Of a stretch of DNA of 64,000 nucleotides, positions 61,330-64,000 are shown in pieces. Each line of letters opens with the position of its first letter. The stretch's first letter is position 1. Under the pieces are notes generated by a model. It saw only the letters and a list, made by a program, of their open reading frames with translations, searched no databases and was not told where the DNA came from. The DNA is from Selaginella moellendorffii. Its lineage: Eukaryota; Plantae; Lycopodiophyta. The stretch is taken from contig NW_003314282.1 of NCBI RefSeq assembly GCF_000143415.4, positions 469,700 through 533,699 on the forward strand, given 5' to 3'. The position numbers and the translations under genes are program-made.

Positions 61330-62540
61330 GACTGGCGTTGGCACCAACAGGAAGGGCTCTTCTTTCTCCAAGATACTCTACGCGACTTGATGAGCGGCAG
61401 GCTTTTCCTCAAAGTCTCTGCTAACACAATCTTTGACGATGATCTCTGGGACACGCTTGGTGTCCAGGGGATGGTCGCCAAGGATGCTGCCGAATGCGAT
61501 ATAATAGACTTTGGTGGCACATTGGAGATAGTGCTGCTCAAGGCAGAACCTAGTGATGCCCATTCCCAGGTATGGCGACCTTCACTGTTTTCTAGCAATG
61601 GCTAATTTAACTCACTTACAGATTGGTTCCAGCGACACCATCCACCAAGCTGTTCCAAGCTCTAACCAAGTTGTTCAAAGCTCTATCCAAGCTGTTGTAA
61701 CTGCAAATGTGGACTTGGTAAGTGTTATGCTTTTTATTACTTCTCCTTGTGTTCACGTAAACAAAGAAAATAAGGTGGCACCCAAGGTGCAAAGTGTTCG
61801 ATGTGGAGACAAAGAGTTTACTTCCAATATCTGTCCAACTGCGAATGACTTAATTATTTGGGCTACCCATGCATCCATTTGCATGTTTCTAGGTGAGTTG
61901 TTTCTAATGCTCTTTATTCTTTTTTCCTTTCTTCTTCTCTTTAGAGCATTATCTCGTTAGCTTAAGCAGGCTGTCGTCGGAGCTTCAAAAACTTCAAAAA
62001 GATCCAGCTTTTAGCGCTGATGTTATGGTAGGCTGTTAGTTGTTTTTGATTGTTTGGTGATCGGTTAAATTTTGCAGGGAACTTTAACAAAGCTTCAGTC
62101 TTTGAATCTTTTAGATGCAAATTGTGTACATGATGCATGAAAAGTAGCATCAGGGTTAGCTGTGGTGTTTTCTCTACCATACAGATCGTCTTTTCCAAGT
62201 GAGTTCTGTTTGTTTGAAGTATAATTTTATTTTGTTTTTATAGTGGCAAATTTTGTAGAAATTGATGATTACTTAGCTCTTTATTCTCATCATTCATTGT
62301 AAGTTATCATTTTTCTTATTTTGTTTTTATAACTTATTAACTTTTATTATAGACAAAAGGACTTGGCTAAAGATATATCTTTAGCCAATGAGTTGACTAT
62401 TATATATCCAGATGGAGCATATAACCTTCTATCCAAATATTTTTGTGCCACAGTTGCTGTTGTGAAAGCCACAGCAACAAGGAAAAATATAAATTTCACT
62501 TGTATGGATATTCAAGGGAACAACCTATTAAATTAATTCA
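61330..62540 (+). pseudogene. Unidentified multi-exon gene remnant
   Basis: Short coding-like segments bounded by GT/AG, becoming AT-rich and stop-containing toward the 3' end; no family recognised. Confidence 0.25.
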
Positions 62541-62829
62541 AATAAAAATAGTACCAGCACTGGTTTGTAAAAATGAAAGTGAATATATTATTTTATGGCA
62601 ATAAACTCACCAAAACATTGTAATTACATTTTCACATCTTTACATTTTACAGTTGGGATGTTAATTAGTTATTTTTTAGTTCTAGTATACTACTAGGCAT
62701 TTAGATTAATCTTATTTTTATTATAAAATTAAAGATGTTTGAAATTTATAAACTTTTATAAACTCAAAGTAAACATCTATTGTCAAATTCTTCACCTCAT
62801 ACATCGCAAATTATAACATAGATTAGCAT

Positions 62830-64000
62830 GTGTTTCTTATGAAGAAGAGAGTCAAAAGTTGCATGAGTAGCTCCCACAATATAAAAACACCCACATGAGC
62901 TATAGAATTTGAAGACACTGGTGGAAAAGAAAGAAAAGAGTAAGGGGGTGATAGTCTTGGTTCAAAAGCCCTTTCCTTTTCAATTTTATTTTCTTAAAAT
63001 CAACAGAGTCTATTCTTTAGCTAAGGAACTTCTACAGCTCAAGTAACAAAGGTTCCAAAAAAAACTCATATATTTAACCTAAGGAATCATTTTTATTTTA
63101 CTCCTTTGATTGTCATATTTTCTGCTTATAAAGGAATGTTACTTAGAATGCCCTATAAACTTCAATGACTAATTCTCAATAGACTTCTTCTGCAATCACT
63201 CAACTTGACAAGCACCAAGAGGCCTGGAGCTTGACAAGTGAGGATCAAAAAGGCTTTGACCTAGAGCTTTGTGAATGGGACAATTAATAGTTTGGGTAAA
63301 CAATTGTCTTCAACAGGCAAAGGCAAATTATTTCATCCTCTTTAATCTTGTCTTTCACTGCCCAAAAAGCTTGATTTTGAGGGCATGGTTCCCACAGGCA
63401 TTTGCCACAGCTTTGAGAACTTGGTGCATGACATGATTTCCACAATGGATTTTCTTGTGATGGATTATCAACACCTTGGCTCTAGAACCTTGAAGGACTC
63501 TAATACATCCTAGGACAATTGTGCCACTTAACTGTTACTTGCACAACAACACAAGGGTGAGTTGACATCAACAACATTCACAAAATGACTCAATGCATAT
63601 AGCTGATCTCTAGCTTCAATCTTCATCTCAAGTGGTGGTCACCTCCATAGTTCTCTTATCAAAGATGTTAGTTGCTCCAAGAAATCAAGGTGGTGAGTGT
63701 AATATTGTCGATTTCTTTCATGTGGACTAGACCATGGGCTGCACTTGGCTTCTCTACCATTCAGACACAGACTCTAAGACTCTTAGGTATTAGAAAACCA
63801 AGTAAATCTACCTCACCACCTTTGCCACAACAATACAGTGATGACTTTAGTATGGTAGTGTCTTCTATTGATTTGTCAACTGTTTAAGGAGAACCCCACG
63901 GAACTTGCCACAACCTTTGTCTAGTATTTTAGATGCACTGATGCTAACTAGGATGTGGACGATCACGAAATGGGAGTCTAACAATCCCTAGAGACAGCAG
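62830..64000 (-). mobile_element. Decayed retrotransposon gag-like region
   Basis: Stop-riddled minus-strand frame with gag-like pieces (IKLF..; LVKAFL..LVKLS) and a possible CCHC knuckle remnant near 62850-62895. Confidence 0.35.

Overview
Plant nuclear genomic DNA. Short ~50-60 bp introns, tight gene packing and an S-repeat-rich PLS PPR gene suggest a lycophyte such as Selaginella (inference). The right third (43.3-60.8 kb) is an intact gene-dense block: a BCS1-like AAA gene with degenerate catalytic motifs and an FG/GLEBS-like tail (+), six co-oriented minus-strand genes (RabA5, DUF1279, COR413IM, SLAC1-like, TIC100/EMB1211, ATG18f-h type) and a PLS-E PPR gene (+). The left two thirds are a rearranged accessory region. 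It holds deletion-riddled copies of TIC100 and the AAA gene, several copies of an uncharacterised multi-pass membrane protein family, and a very AT-rich island with an RPA70-like pseudogene and other relic ORFs (partly present again, inverted, at 30.2-34.3 kb). It also holds a decayed hAT transposon, a complete non-autonomous LTR retrotransposon (TSD CTATC, tRNA-Met PBS), a TIR element with a visible empty site, and a 394-bp near-perfect foldback element. All calls come from reading and hand-translating the sequence; no database searches were run.
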